A stretch of DNA of 64,000 nucleotides from Candidatus Levyibacteriota bacterium (GCA_963722305.1 CAVRKE010000002.1:586678-650677), one strand, 5' to 3'. Shown: positions 47,655 through 57,633, counted from the first letter of the stretch. Notes: a model not told the origin generated them from the letters alone. Program-made: numbers and translations.

Positions 47655-48032
47655 ATGGTTGAAGCAAAAAGACGACGAAAATCGCAGTTTGAAGTTCTTC
47701 TGGTGGAAAGTCGTGTATTCGGCGTAGATATTGCTCGATTGGCGGTGGATAAATTAAGAACTCCTACTGAAATGCAGGAGTTTTTAGACGGATTTGCAGC
47801 TTCTCTTAATCCATTCCACGATCCGCAAAGAAACGCGGATGCTCTTGAACAGGCCAAAAGCAGACTTATGGCTCAGACGAATGTTGCACGATTTTATGAT
47901 GATTATTTAAGATGGACAAAGTTTTTAACAGTAGGTACTCTTTCCGCAAGACCGGAAACTCCTCTTCTACAGTCGGTTGCTGGTCCAAGACAAAGTAATT
48001 TAGGCAATTCATCCCCAAGGCGTGCTCCATAA
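47655..48032 (+). CDS. hypothetical protein
   Basis: ORF of 125 aa. Confidence 0.35.
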   Translation: MVEAKRRRKSQFEVLLVESRVFGVDIARLAVDKLRTPTEMQEFLDGFAASLNPFHDPQRNADALEQAKSRLMAQTNVARFYDDYLRWTKFLTVGTLSARPETPLLQSVAGPRQSNLGNSSPRRAP

Positions 48033-48141
48033 AACTTCGATAATGACTTGAGGCAGGAGAATACCGCTTATATTTGACATCTTCAATTCTTAGTGAAATA
48101 CTCAAACTAGAGGTTAGAGCTTAAATAAAGCTTAAAAGGGG

Positions 48142-48387
48142 GTGAGAAAAATGCAGCAATGTGAAAGTTGCGGAATGCCACTTCAATTAAACACAACATC
48201 AAAAGTTGACGACCGTTATTGTATTTATTGCCAAGATCAGGAGACGGGGGAATTAAAATCAAGGGACGCGGTCAGGGAAGGAAGTATCAGGGCGACGATG
48301 GGCTCAATGGGAAAAACCAGAGAAGAGGCGGAAAAGATGGCAGACGAAATGATGCCAAAACTGCCGCGCTGGCAAGCCCAGCCATAA
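48142..48387 (+). CDS. zinc-ribbon protein
   Basis: CESCG...CIYCQ four-cysteine ribbon. RBS GGGGGTGAG upstream. Confidence 0.45.
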   Translation: MRKMQQCESCGMPLQLNTTSKVDDRYCIYCQDQETGELKSRDAVREGSIRATMGSMGKTREEAEKMADEMMPKLPRWQAQP

Positions 48388-48406
48388 AGTCTGTTATACT
48401 ATTTTA

Positions 48407-49615
48407 GTGACGGAAAAAGTTCCCCAAATCATGATAGCGCAAATAAAACTGTTTCTGCAGAAAAACCGAAGCGTCTTAGCAATTTTTGGAATCTTCACTG
48501 TTGCCTGTATTTTGTTAATTGCCATTTTGAGCTACAAAACTACTACTCAGGGTATGCAGAATTTCAAACTTTCCGCTCAGTTGGAAGCCACCGCTGCCAA
48601 GCTTAACAACTTGCAAAACCAAAACCAATACAAAATTAACCAAAGCTTAAAAGCCAGCATTAACAATATCCAGACTACTTATAAATCTTCGCTTGGTTTG
48701 TACCAAAGAATTCTGGATTTACAGGCCCAAAAACAAGACACAAGCGATTTGGATAAACAGTTTGCGCAAAGCTTAAGCTATCTGTCAGATCTAAATTATG
48801 CTTCTGCTTCGGCCAGTTTAAATTTACTGGCAACGGAGATTAAAAATAAAGAGGATGCGCTGGCTGCGGCTCAGGTTCAAGCTCAAGTTGCCCAAAATGT
48901 TACTCAAAGCAACACGCCACCGGGCAGCGGATTTTCGGTTCAGTCTGTCACAACCGACAATGGGAAGTTTACAGTATATATAGTAGCGGCGGATTTAAAC
49001 TCCACGCGAGTCATTGTTGACACGGCTTCCAACAGCGATTGCAGTAATAATTGTCCGGTGCTGCCTTTGTCCGATTATGTGGGAAGAAATGGCGCGTTTG
49101 CCGGCATTAACGGTTCGTTTTTCTGTCCGGCCGAATATCCAAGTTGCGCGGGGAAGACCGGTTCGTTTGACCTTTTGGTGATGAATAAAAATAAAGTCTA
49201 TTTTAATTCCGCCAATAATGTTTACTCAACCAACCCGGCGGTGATTTTTTACGGCAACAGCGCGCGTTTTGTCGGTCAAGCGCTTGAGTGGGGAAGGGAC
49301 ACCGGTGTTGACGCGGTTTTGTCCAACTATCCGTTGTTGGTATCAGGTGGAAATATTGTCTACGGCGGAGGTGGCGACCCCAAGTTTTCGCAAAACGGAG
49401 CCAGAGGCTTTATTGCCAATAAAGGTAGCACGGTTTACATCGGTGATGTTTTAAACGCCACCATGACGGATAGTGCCAAAGTACTCAAGGCTTTGGGTAT
49501 GGATAATGCAATGAACTTGGACGAAGGCGGCTCAACGGCTTTATGGGCCAACGGTAATTATCAGTTAGGTCCGGGCCGCAATATCCCCAACGCCATTCTA
49601 TTCACCCACAAATAA
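48407..49615 (+). CDS. membrane-anchored protein with C-terminal phosphodiester glycosidase (NAGPA-like) domain
   Basis: N-terminal TM, a coiled-coil, and a C-terminal domain with PLLVSGG, ARGFIANKGSTVYIG and AMNLDEGGSTALW blocks. Confidence 0.6.
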   Translation: MTEKVPQIMIAQIKLFLQKNRSVLAIFGIFTVACILLIAILSYKTTTQGMQNFKLSAQLEATAAKLNNLQNQNQYKINQSLKASINNIQTTYKSSLGLYQRILDLQAQKQDTSDLDKQFAQSLSYLSDLNYASASASLNLLATEIKNKEDALAAAQVQAQVAQNVTQSNTPPGSGFSVQSVTTDNGKFTVYIVAADLNSTRVIVDTASNSDCSNNCPVLPLSDYVGRNGAFAGINGSFFCPAEYPSCAGKTGSFDLLVMNKNKVYFNSANNVYSTNPAVIFYGNSARFVGQALEWGRDTGVDAVLSNYPLLVSGGNIVYGGGGDPKFSQNGARGFIANKGSTVYIGDVLNATMTDSAKVLKALGMDNAMNLDEGGSTALWANGNYQLGPGRNIPNAILFTHK

Positions 49616-49659
49616 TTTTTCAGTTTCACTTAAGTTTTAAAGTGGTATAATTCTTACCA

Positions 49660-50394
49660 ATGAATGTTAAAAACAAAATTGCCATTGTGACCGGAGCATC
49701 TTCGGGAATTGGATTGGCAACAGCTAAACTTCTTTCTCACAAAGGCGCTACAGTGGTGCTGGCGGCGCGCTCACTTGATAAGCTCAAAAAACTTTCTCAG
49801 GAGCTCCCTGGGGCATCACTGGTCGTCCAAACCGACATACAAGACGAAAAGCAAATCAAAAATCTCATTCAGGTAACCCTCAACAAATTTGGGCGAATAG
49901 ACGTTCTAATTAATAATGCCGGTCGGGGGTACGATGCATATGTTGAAGAAATCGAAACCGATAAATGGAAAGAACTCATCAGCCTTAATTTAATTGGACC
50001 GCTTTTGGCAATTCAACAAGTAGTCCCACAGATGAAAAAACTGGGTGAAGGTGCAATCGTCAATATTTCCTCGGGAACCGCTTTAATGGCCTTGCCCGGC
50101 ATGAGTGCTTATTCTTCACTGAAACGCGCTTTAGTCGGGCTGTCCTTAACCGCCAACGAAGAACTGAAAAACGACAAGATTACCGTCAGCGTAATTTATC
50201 CGTATATTACTGCCACTGATTTTGAAAAAAATACCATCAAAACCAAAAGAGTTCAGTCTCAAAACGAAGACGAGGGCGATTGGGATGCAAAAGCCGACCC
50301 GCCGGAATTAATTGCCAAGAAAGTGTTAGAAGCGATTGAAACCGGAAAAGCGGAACTTTACGCCCACGACTGGATGGCCCGCCCGCCACGCTAG
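49660..50394 (+). CDS. SDR family oxidoreductase
   Basis: TGASSGIG cofactor motif and the YxxxK catalytic pair. Confidence 0.8.
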   Translation: MNVKNKIAIVTGASSGIGLATAKLLSHKGATVVLAARSLDKLKKLSQELPGASLVVQTDIQDEKQIKNLIQVTLNKFGRIDVLINNAGRGYDAYVEEIETDKWKELISLNLIGPLLAIQQVVPQMKKLGEGAIVNISSGTALMALPGMSAYSSLKRALVGLSLTANEELKNDKITVSVIYPYITATDFEKNTIKTKRVQSQNEDEGDWDAKADPPELIAKKVLEAIETGKAELYAHDWMARPPR

Positions 50395-50439
50395 CCAAAG
50401 CCGGTGAAGGCATTGCGGGCAGGGAAAACGAGGTTAATT

Positions 50440-50919
50440 ATGGACCAAAATAAAATCATCAGAAAAGAACTTCTAAGCCTTCTTGGCGGCGGTAACGCGC
50501 ATATGAGTTTGGAAGAAGCGGTCGAGAATTTCCCCGAGGATAAAATTAACGACCTCTTTCCTAACGGAGAATATACTCCCTGGCACCTGTTAGAACATAT
50601 CCGTCTAAGCCAAAACGACATTTTGGATTTTATCGTCAATGCAAATTATCGGGAAAAAGACTGGCCAAAAGACTACTGGCCGGCCCGAAGCAAAAAAGCC
50701 ACCATCAAAGACTGGCAGAAAACCATCAGTCAAATTCAAAAAGATAATCAAGCGTTGCAACAACTTGTCAACAATTCCAAAACCGATTTGTACGCTAAAA
50801 TCCCCTGGGGAGAAGGGCAGACCATTTTTCGGGAAATTCTGACGGTTTCCGACCACAACGCTTACCACATCGGTGAGTTTGCCATCATGCGCCAAGCAAT
50901 GGGTACCTGGCAAAGGTAA
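50440..50919 (+). CDS. DinB-like four-helix-bundle protein
   Basis: ORF 50404, with a likely start at 50440. H..H metal-site pattern (WHLLEH ... NAYHIGE). Confidence 0.45.
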   Translation: MDQNKIIRKELLSLLGGGNAHMSLEEAVENFPEDKINDLFPNGEYTPWHLLEHIRLSQNDILDFIVNANYREKDWPKDYWPARSKKATIKDWQKTISQIQKDNQALQQLVNNSKTDLYAKIPWGEGQTIFREILTVSDHNAYHIGEFAIMRQAMGTWQR

Positions 50920-50921
50920 CA

Positions 50922-51431
50922 ATGACAAAAATCACTGTTCTTCAAGGAGATATCAGCAAACAATCTGTCGATGTGATAGTCAATGCCGCCAATAGAATGC
51001 TGCTTGGCGGCGGAGGAGTAGACGGGGCAATTCATCAAGCCGCCGGCCCGAAACTTCTGGAAGAGTGTAAAGCTTTGGGCGTCTGTCAGACCGGCGAAGC
51101 CAAAATAACCCGCGGCTACAATTTGCCGGCCAAATTTGTCATTCATACTGTCGGACCGGTTTATGGGAGAGAATTTGGTAACGAATCAAAACTGCTGAGG
51201 AATTGCTACAAGAATTCACTCTTGCTGGCTAAACAACATCATCTTAAAACCATTGCTTTTCCGGCAATTTCCACCGGTGTTTACGGATTTCCAAAAGTTG
51301 AGGCGGTTACGATCGTTCACTCCGTACTGCAGGAATTCACAAAAGACAATTATTTTAGCGAAATCCGCCTGGTTGTTCATTCGGAAGAGGACAAAAAGCT
51401 ATATGACAAGTATTTTTCGGCTGTAGTATAA
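50922..51431 (+). CDS. macro domain protein (O-acetyl-ADP-ribose deacetylase-like)
   Basis: VNAANRMLLGGGGVDGAIHQAAG signature. Confidence 0.8.
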   Translation: MTKITVLQGDISKQSVDVIVNAANRMLLGGGGVDGAIHQAAGPKLLEECKALGVCQTGEAKITRGYNLPAKFVIHTVGPVYGREFGNESKLLRNCYKNSLLLAKQHHLKTIAFPAISTGVYGFPKVEAVTIVHSVLQEFTKDNYFSEIRLVVHSEEDKKLYDKYFSAVV

Positions 51432-51440
51432 TCTTTCTAA

Positions 51441-52004
51441 ATGAAAAATGTTTTAATTTTGCATGGAACTCAGGCTAATTCAAAATCAAATTGGCTGCCT
51501 TGGCTAAAAGAGGAACTGGCTAAAAAGGGAATGAAAGTTTGGTTACCGGATTTGCCGAATCCAAACCTTCCAAGCCTCAAAAACCATGTCAAATTCATTT
51601 TGTCCAACAAAGATTGGAAGTTCAATAAGGATTCAATTATTGTCGGACATTCTTCCGGCGCGATTGCGATTCTGGCAATTTTAAGTGAACTTCCGGAAAA
51701 TGTTGTTGTGGATAAATGTATTCTGGTTAGTTATTTTACCAAAGATTCTCCGGGGGGGGCATGGAAACCAAACAGAATTTTCTTTGATTATAAGTTTGAC
51801 TTCGCCAAAATAAAAAAACACGCTAAAAAGTTTATCATCATTCACTCCGATAACGATCCATATGGTCCGCTTAAAGACGTGAAAGTTTTGGCCCAAAAAT
51901 TAGATGCGCAACTTATCATCAAAAAAGGCCAGGGCCATTTTAACCTCGAAAAAGGGGAGGAGTACCGCCAATTCCCATTCTTATCAGGGTTGATAGAGAA
52001 ATAA
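51441..52004 (+). CDS. RBBP9/YdeN-like serine hydrolase
   Basis: About 187 aa alpha/beta fold with a GHSSG nucleophile and the HSDNDPYGP region. Confidence 0.6.
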   Translation: MKNVLILHGTQANSKSNWLPWLKEELAKKGMKVWLPDLPNPNLPSLKNHVKFILSNKDWKFNKDSIIVGHSSGAIAILAILSELPENVVVDKCILVSYFTKDSPGGAWKPNRIFFDYKFDFAKIKKHAKKFIIIHSDNDPYGPLKDVKVLAQKLDAQLIIKKGQGHFNLEKGEEYRQFPFLSGLIEK

Positions 52005-52060
52005 TTCCGCCTCAATTTGACTTTTTAATTAAGTAGTGCCAGTCTTAAGAAAGAAGGGGG

Positions 52061-52270
52061 GTGAGAAACTTGCTGTCCTCAAAAATGTTCTACAAAATAG
52101 CGGGAGTGGTGTTTGCAATTGTTGGCGTCTTGCACCTTTTAAGAGTAATTTTAGGTTGGAATTTGGTTTATGCCGGTTGGGATTTTCCGGCCTGGTTAAG
52201 TCTGGTGGCAGCGGTTGTGCTTTTCTATCTTTCTTTCAACGCGTTTAAACTAGCGGGGTTATTAAAATAG
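52061..52270 (+). CDS. small membrane protein
   Basis: Two hydrophobic helices. Competes with overlapping frame 52036..52248. Confidence 0.3.
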   Translation: MRNLLSSKMFYKIAGVVFAIVGVLHLLRVILGWNLVYAGWDFPAWLSLVAAVVLFYLSFNAFKLAGLLK

Positions 52271-52359
52271 AAAAGAACAAAAGCAGAAATAATTCCTAGC
52301 AATGCCAGTATAAGAGCTTATAGTGGAATAATTTCCCTCGTTTTGCTATAATCCCCACC

Positions 52360-52920
52360 ATGGCAAAAGCAGAAGAGGGCCCAAGCAGGGTTCAAGACAG
52401 CGAAATAGAACAAAACTACACTTATCATCCGTTTGAAGAGGTGAAAAGTGCGTTGGCAAGTTTAGGGTATGGTCCGAGCAAAATGCTGGTTGATGCTGTT
52501 TATGTCCGAAAAGACGGAATGCAGGCGGTGGGAGTGCTGACGGTAACCGAAGGGCATTGCCGCGACCACTTCGGCTTATTCAGGGGAGTAGACCAAGGGG
52601 AAGCTGCAGGTCAAACCTTAATTTTGCTGCATTGTTTTACAGACGGAATTCCGGAAGGGCAAAGTCCACTTCTTAGACATATCGCTATTGATACGGAAAA
52701 TCCCGCACCCGAAGGAGTAGTTTTAAATATGTTTGTCGATAAAACCGGGAACCGGGGAAATATTTTTTCGGGGAGAGCAAACGTTGAATCCGGAGCCGGA
52801 GTAATTTCAAGAGTAGAGATGTCGGGAAGAATTTTACCAACGGAATTGGCTAGAAAACTTATCGAATGGCGAAGAAAGAGAGAGCTTGAACATCCTGCCA
52901 GATTTCAACTTAAACCCTAA
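52360..52920 (+). CDS. hypothetical protein (GC-rich island)
   Basis: ORF of 186 aa. Confidence 0.4.
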   Translation: MAKAEEGPSRVQDSEIEQNYTYHPFEEVKSALASLGYGPSKMLVDAVYVRKDGMQAVGVLTVTEGHCRDHFGLFRGVDQGEAAGQTLILLHCFTDGIPEGQSPLLRHIAIDTENPAPEGVVLNMFVDKTGNRGNIFSGRANVESGAGVISRVEMSGRILPTELARKLIEWRRKRELEHPARFQLKP

Positions 52921-52981
52921 ATAACTTCCACCGCTCCCACCGCTGATTGATTTTTTAAAAATAAATCGCTAGAATGCCGTT

Positions 52982-53344
52982 ATGGCATTTCCTCATATAG
53001 AAGCAACAGGATATATAGGAACAACGGGGGGAATATTTCCGGCTAAAGACCTTCCATTATTCCGAACTATCGCGGATATATTTACAGAAAGAGGTGGGCG
53101 GGTTGGGATTACAGTAGGAAAAAGAGAAGATCTATTAGGACGTCCTTTGGGGGCAGATGAAGTAAGATTAATTATTAATTCGTCAAAACCTCTTGAGAGA
53201 TTTTGGAGAGTTGCTGATCCTGCCAAGCAACTTAGAACGGATCTTACTAAACAGGGTATTACGGAAGAAGAGGTAGCGCTAAGAGTCGATGCCCACATAA
53301 GAGAAGCAATTGACCGATTATTTTCTATGCCACAGTCAAGTTAG
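52982..53344 (+). CDS. hypothetical protein (GC-rich island)
   Basis: ORF of 120 aa, followed by the GC-rich 3' motif. Confidence 0.4.
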   Translation: MAFPHIEATGYIGTTGGIFPAKDLPLFRTIADIFTERGGRVGITVGKREDLLGRPLGADEVRLIINSSKPLERFWRVADPAKQLRTDLTKQGITEEEVALRVDAHIREAIDRLFSMPQSS

Positions 53345-53454
53345 TAATCTTTCTTCGCCGCCCCTGCCGAGCGGGGAATAATTCTCCCTCAAAATTGGTA
53401 ACTGTAAGTTAAATTACTGAATGCTCTTTTAATAAAGCTGATAATCACTTCATT

Positions 53455-53838
53455 ATGTTAACAAATTCTGCGGTTATGCCAACCATTCCGGTCACGGATA
53501 TAAGTAGAGCCATTGATTTTTACGTCAATAAGCTGGGACTAAAACAAAACCCGATGAGCATGGAAAAGGACGGGGCGTTGTTTGATGCCGGCAAAGGAAC
53601 AATGTTATATCTTTACCAAAGGGCTGCGTCTAAAGCCGATCATACTCTGGCTAGTTTTGCGGTAGAGAATTTGGAACAAACAATGGGTGAGCTTTTGGAA
53701 ACGGGCGTTACTTTTGAGCACTATGACATGCCCGGACTGAAAACCGACGAAAAAGGCGTTGCAACGAATGGAAATATCAAATCAGCCTGGTTTAAAGACC
53801 CCGACGGTAACATTTTGGGACTTGTCGAAGTAAAGTAG
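53455..53838 (+). CDS. VOC/glyoxalase family protein
   Basis: About 127 aa, with glyoxalase-like beta-alpha-beta-beta-beta pattern residues. Confidence 0.65.
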   Translation: MLTNSAVMPTIPVTDISRAIDFYVNKLGLKQNPMSMEKDGALFDAGKGTMLYLYQRAASKADHTLASFAVENLEQTMGELLETGVTFEHYDMPGLKTDEKGVATNGNIKSAWFKDPDGNILGLVEVK

Positions 53839-53860
53839 ATAGTAAATAATCTCGCCCCGA

Positions 53861-54589
53861 TTGACTTTTAGTTATCACAGTCATATAATTCCTCGCATTA
53901 TGACAGGAGAAATACCAGCAGCAATCAATAGAGCAAACTCCGGAGCAGTAGCCGAAATTCAATCCGCGGCAGCTACTGCTGATACATCCCCGCTTTCACC
54001 AATAAAGCTAATTATTAAGCAAGACGTCAGAAGAATTGGGACAATGCTGGGCAATATCAGTTTAGGTTCTTTGGCAGCAAAGGCGGGAATAGATGCTTAT
54101 TGGGGTATTGATAACGTTGCCGTCAAACCGTATTTGGTAAGAAAAGAAGTTTTCCAAAAAGGCCAGTCGGATTTGGAAATCATTTTGGAATTATTGGGCC
54201 AAGAGGGATATGCCGCTAGAATAGAACAGGCAGCGGAGAGACAGACCGCAGGAAAACCGCTAACGGTTAGTCAAGTGGTAGAAAAAACTCCATTGACAAG
54301 AGCAGATCGGTTGGGCGAAAAAACAGTAAGAGATATTGGCAAAGATTATGCAGAAATGCTGACTACTTGTTGGGGCACAAACAGAGAATTACCCATGTCT
54401 GACAAAATTGGCCCTCAGGCCCCGGATACGGCCTTACTTTTAGCCAGAAGAGAAGCAAGCTTTTTAGTTTCTAATGCCCTCAGAGAAGTTTTAAGTATGT
54501 TAGGGCAAGCAAATTACGCGTTTAGAATTAGTCAAGCGGTATATTGCAAAGTTTACGGTAATCCCGCTGCAGCCACTGTATCGCAATAA
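53861..54589 (+). CDS. hypothetical protein (GC-rich island)
   Basis: ORF of 242 aa, followed by the GC-rich 3' motif. Confidence 0.4.
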   Translation: MTFSYHSHIIPRIMTGEIPAAINRANSGAVAEIQSAAATADTSPLSPIKLIIKQDVRRIGTMLGNISLGSLAAKAGIDAYWGIDNVAVKPYLVRKEVFQKGQSDLEIILELLGQEGYAARIEQAAERQTAGKPLTVSQVVEKTPLTRADRLGEKTVRDIGKDYAEMLTTCWGTNRELPMSDKIGPQAPDTALLLARREASFLVSNALREVLSMLGQANYAFRISQAVYCKVYGNPAAATVSQ

Positions 54590-54631
54590 CGCCGCCCCCG
54601 CCGGGGTTTATGCTATTATGTGTAGTTAATT

Positions 54632-55069
54632 ATGGATAGTGCAGTAAATGAAGGGATAAAGCCCCCGCCTTCAGCAGAAATTATGCTTAAAGGGGAATAC
54701 TCCAGGTATAAAGCTTTTATGGGAATGGCACAAGAAGCAGAAAATCAAAGAGATGTTCCAAGTCAGGACCAACATGTGCTTGAAGCAGGAGAAATTATTG
54801 CCGGGCTAAGCGATATGATTATGCAGGATGGTGTAAATAGAGCTGGGCTTACTCAAGCTCACTTGGACTTAATAAAAGTATTTTCCGAAAAGGCTAGATT
54901 TTATCTTGACCATAATCAAAATAGGGCAGGTATTTTAGGGATATCATTACTTTTTAATCCATTGGGTTCAAGGCTCAGCGGTAAAACTGAAATGGAGAAG
55001 CTACTCGAAGAAGCGTATCCAATTGAACCTGCAAATAAAACAAATCCGAGTGAACCTCAAGGTTCATAA
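54632..55069 (+). CDS. hypothetical protein (GC-rich island)
   Basis: ORF of 145 aa, followed by the GC-rich 3' motif. Confidence 0.4.
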   Translation: MDSAVNEGIKPPPSAEIMLKGEYSRYKAFMGMAQEAENQRDVPSQDQHVLEAGEIIAGLSDMIMQDGVNRAGLTQAHLDLIKVFSEKARFYLDHNQNRAGILGISLLFNPLGSRLSGKTEMEKLLEEAYPIEPANKTNPSEPQGS

Positions 55070-55153
55070 TTCCGCCGCCCCCGCCGGAGTTGTAATGAGT
55101 AGGCTGAGATACATAGGTACCACTTTTGAACTACAATAGCGGTTCAAAAGGAG

Positions 55154-56242
55154 GTGAAACCTATGAAATCAAAAGCACATAAGCCGGCATTGTATCATCC
55201 ATGGGGATACACAACCTGGAGAGCAATTGAAAAGGGAAAAGATAACTACTGGGATTATCTTCGTATTCAGGCAAAGTTGAATAAACTATCTCCAAAAGGA
55301 CAACTTCATTTGGAATGGGTAATCTTTTACTACACGTTTGGAGAAAGAAACGTTAGTAAAACCACTAAGCACTTTGGTATTGCAAGAAAGACTCTAAGAG
55401 TCTGGTTAAAACGGTTTGACGGTAAGTTTATCAAAAGTCTTGAAGAGAAACCGAAAAGACCAAAACAAGTTAGGACATGGATGGTATCTCAAAAAGAAGA
55501 GGAGCAAATTATTGCGCTTCGAAAAGAAAACATGGAGCTTGGTAAAAGAAAATTAAAGATTCTCTACGCTAGAAAATACCAGGAGAATATCTCAACTTGG
55601 AAGATTGAACGGGTAGTAAGAAAGCACAAATTATTCCAAGAGAAAAAGAACGGATACGTTAAAAGAAGACCTAAACAGCCTCGAATTCGTATCCATAAGG
55701 TAAAAGAACTATTACAGGAATATCCTACGGGAGTAGTCTGGCATACGGACAGTATTATTATCTGGTGGTATGGCACAAGAAAAGTTATCTTCACAGCCTT
55801 AGAGAACAAAACTAAGCTTGGCTTTGCCAGAGTATACAAAACAAACTCTTCGGCAAATGCTGCAGACTTTCTGAAACGACTAAGCTATTTAAGCAATAAT
55901 CAGCTTGCCATTATTCACTCTGACAATGGATCTGAGTTTGATAAGGATTTTGCAAGAGTATGTGAAATACTTTCCATCCGACAAGTATTCTCCCGCCCCC
56001 ATACGCCCAAGGATAATCCTTGTCTTGAGAAGTTTAATCATACAGTACAAAGAGAGTGGCTTAGTTTTTCTGTCATAGGGCTTGATGAAATTGATGAAGC
56101 AAATATTGATTTAACAGAATGGTTAGTCAAATACAACAGTATTCGTCCGCATCAAGCCCTTGACTACAAAACTCCTTTGGACTATGCTTATGAGCAATCT
56201 CCTCAACTGGTACCAATGACCCCAGCCCAATCATGTAATTGA
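55154..56242 (+). CDS. IS481/IS3-like transposase (HTH + rve integrase core)
   Basis: DDE integrase core (HTDS, SDNGSEF, PHTPKDNPCLEKFNHT). RBS AAAGGAGGTG upstream. Confidence 0.8.
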   Translation: MKPMKSKAHKPALYHPWGYTTWRAIEKGKDNYWDYLRIQAKLNKLSPKGQLHLEWVIFYYTFGERNVSKTTKHFGIARKTLRVWLKRFDGKFIKSLEEKPKRPKQVRTWMVSQKEEEQIIALRKENMELGKRKLKILYARKYQENISTWKIERVVRKHKLFQEKKNGYVKRRPKQPRIRIHKVKELLQEYPTGVVWHTDSIIIWWYGTRKVIFTALENKTKLGFARVYKTNSSANAADFLKRLSYLSNNQLAIIHSDNGSEFDKDFARVCEILSIRQVFSRPHTPKDNPCLEKFNHTVQREWLSFSVIGLDEIDEANIDLTEWLVKYNSIRPHQALDYKTPLDYAYEQSPQLVPMTPAQSCN

Positions 56243-56249
56243 CCGAATA

Positions 56250-56438
56250 GTGTATAATAAAAACATGAAATTGGAAGATTTAATCAAATTACAAAACAAA
56301 TGGGTTGCATTTTCCAAAGATAGAAAAAAAGTGGTCGAAAAAGCGAGCACTTTGGAAAATCTACTAAAAAAAATTGGTGATCAAAGAGATCTGGTTGTTT
56401 CTTTTATGCATCCCGCCGACAAATTTCTTTCACCTTAA
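56250..56438 (+). CDS. small protein upstream of aspartic protease
   Basis: ORF of 62 aa. Stop 13 nt before the protease ATG. Confidence 0.35.
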   Translation: MYNKNMKLEDLIKLQNKWVAFSKDRKKVVEKASTLENLLKKIGDQRDLVVSFMHPADKFLSP

Positions 56439-56451
56439 ATTCAATTGCCCA

Positions 56452-56880
56452 ATGAAAAATATCACCTTTTACTACGTTCCTGAAGTTGGAAAAGATTTAA
56501 CCACAGGAAAAGTCTTTGAAATTTTAAGGCCTAAAATTCCAGTTCGTTTATCCGTTAATCATAACGTTTCAAAAATATTAGTTGATTGCCTTTTTGATAC
56601 AGGAGCTGATAGAAATTTGTTCCCAGCTGCTTGGGGAAGAAGCTTGGGATTGAAAATAGAGAAAGGGAAATTGGTTAAAACAATGGGAATCGGCGGAAAA
56701 GAAATCAAGGCTTATGCCCACCAGGTTGTTTTATATATCCAAGGGAATAAAATTATCACGGAAGCCGATTTTACCGACGAAAATAATACGCCATTACTTG
56801 GTAGAGGAGGTTTTATGAACCATTTTGACGATATAGTTATAAACGAGAAGAAAAAATTCATCAAATTATCTTTTGCCTAA
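56452..56880 (+). CDS. retropepsin-like (clan AA) aspartic protease
   Basis: Catalytic motif LFDTGADRNL. ORF 56374, with a likely start at the ATG at 56452. Confidence 0.55.
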   Translation: MKNITFYYVPEVGKDLTTGKVFEILRPKIPVRLSVNHNVSKILVDCLFDTGADRNLFPAAWGRSLGLKIEKGKLVKTMGIGGKEIKAYAHQVVLYIQGNKIITEADFTDENNTPLLGRGGFMNHFDDIVINEKKKFIKLSFA

Positions 56881-56923
56881 GCTTCACGACCGCCGCCCCC
56901 GCCGGGCGGGAAATAATCTAGCC

Positions 56924-57049
56924 CCGATTTTGTTTTTTGGGTTCAAAGATTTTTAAACATTTTTCACAGAAATAAAATCCTTTACCATTATCATACTTAG
57001 TTTTACATTCTTCACAGAGTTTTTCCCTAATTGGATCTTTCATTTGTCC
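56924..57049 (-). CDS. small zinc-ribbon protein (41 aa)
   Basis: Minus-strand ORF MKDPIREKLCEECKTKYDNGKGFYFCEKCLKIF... with RBS AAAGGAGGAC 5 nt upstream. Has CxxC...CxxC. Confidence 0.35.
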
Positions 57050-57168
57050 TCCTTTCAGAGAATTTATTCTCATATATTAATTATACGCTTTAGGGGTATT
57101 TTTTCATTTTTAGCTTCGTTGACTTTATTTTTAAAAGAGAGTATAAGAAAATAAGAAAGTATAAAAAT

Positions 57169-57633
57169 ATGATATGGATTGTAATAGCGATATTAATAGC
57201 TGGTTTTTTCATAGCGAGAGCAATTCAGAATAATTCTCCTAAAACAAAGGGAAACAATATTAACAATCAAATAAATGAGATTGAAAAACAAGCATATAAT
57301 TACTTTGCTCAAGCGATTGATTTATATAAACAAAGTTTAGCCGAAGCTAAAACACGAAAAGACAAAACTTCTGTTAATTCTGACGAAGGAAAAATAAAAA
57401 GTATTGAAGCTGATGAAATTAAATATATTACTCTAAAAGAAAAATTAAAACATGCTTCTATGGAAGAAAGATTGGCTCTTGTTCAGGATTGGCGTGATTT
57501 AATGGAAATTGTATTAAATAGAGCATTTGCATTTCAGCCACCAGTAGTAGAGATAGATGAAGAAAGCTTGAAAAGAGGTGGAATTAGAGCAAAAGAAATA
57601 ATTAAGAGATTTGATAAAAGATTTAAAGCATGA
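57169..57633 (+). CDS. hypothetical membrane-anchored protein
   Basis: N-terminal TM helix. Terminator-like hairpin CCCGAC...GTCGGGATTTT at 57693-57738. Confidence 0.4.
   Translation: MIWIVIAILIAGFFIARAIQNNSPKTKGNNINNQINEIEKQAYNYFAQAIDLYKQSLAEAKTRKDKTSVNSDEGKIKSIEADEIKYITLKEKLKHASMEERLALVQDWRDLMEIVLNRAFAFQPPVVEIDEESLKRGGIRAKEIIKRFDKRFKA

Noticed and set aside
55070-56260. Looked for terminal inverted repeats and TSD for the IS481-like element.
   Set aside because: Only a short palindromic GGTACC was found near both ends, with no convincing TIR or TSD. The element boundaries are left undefined.
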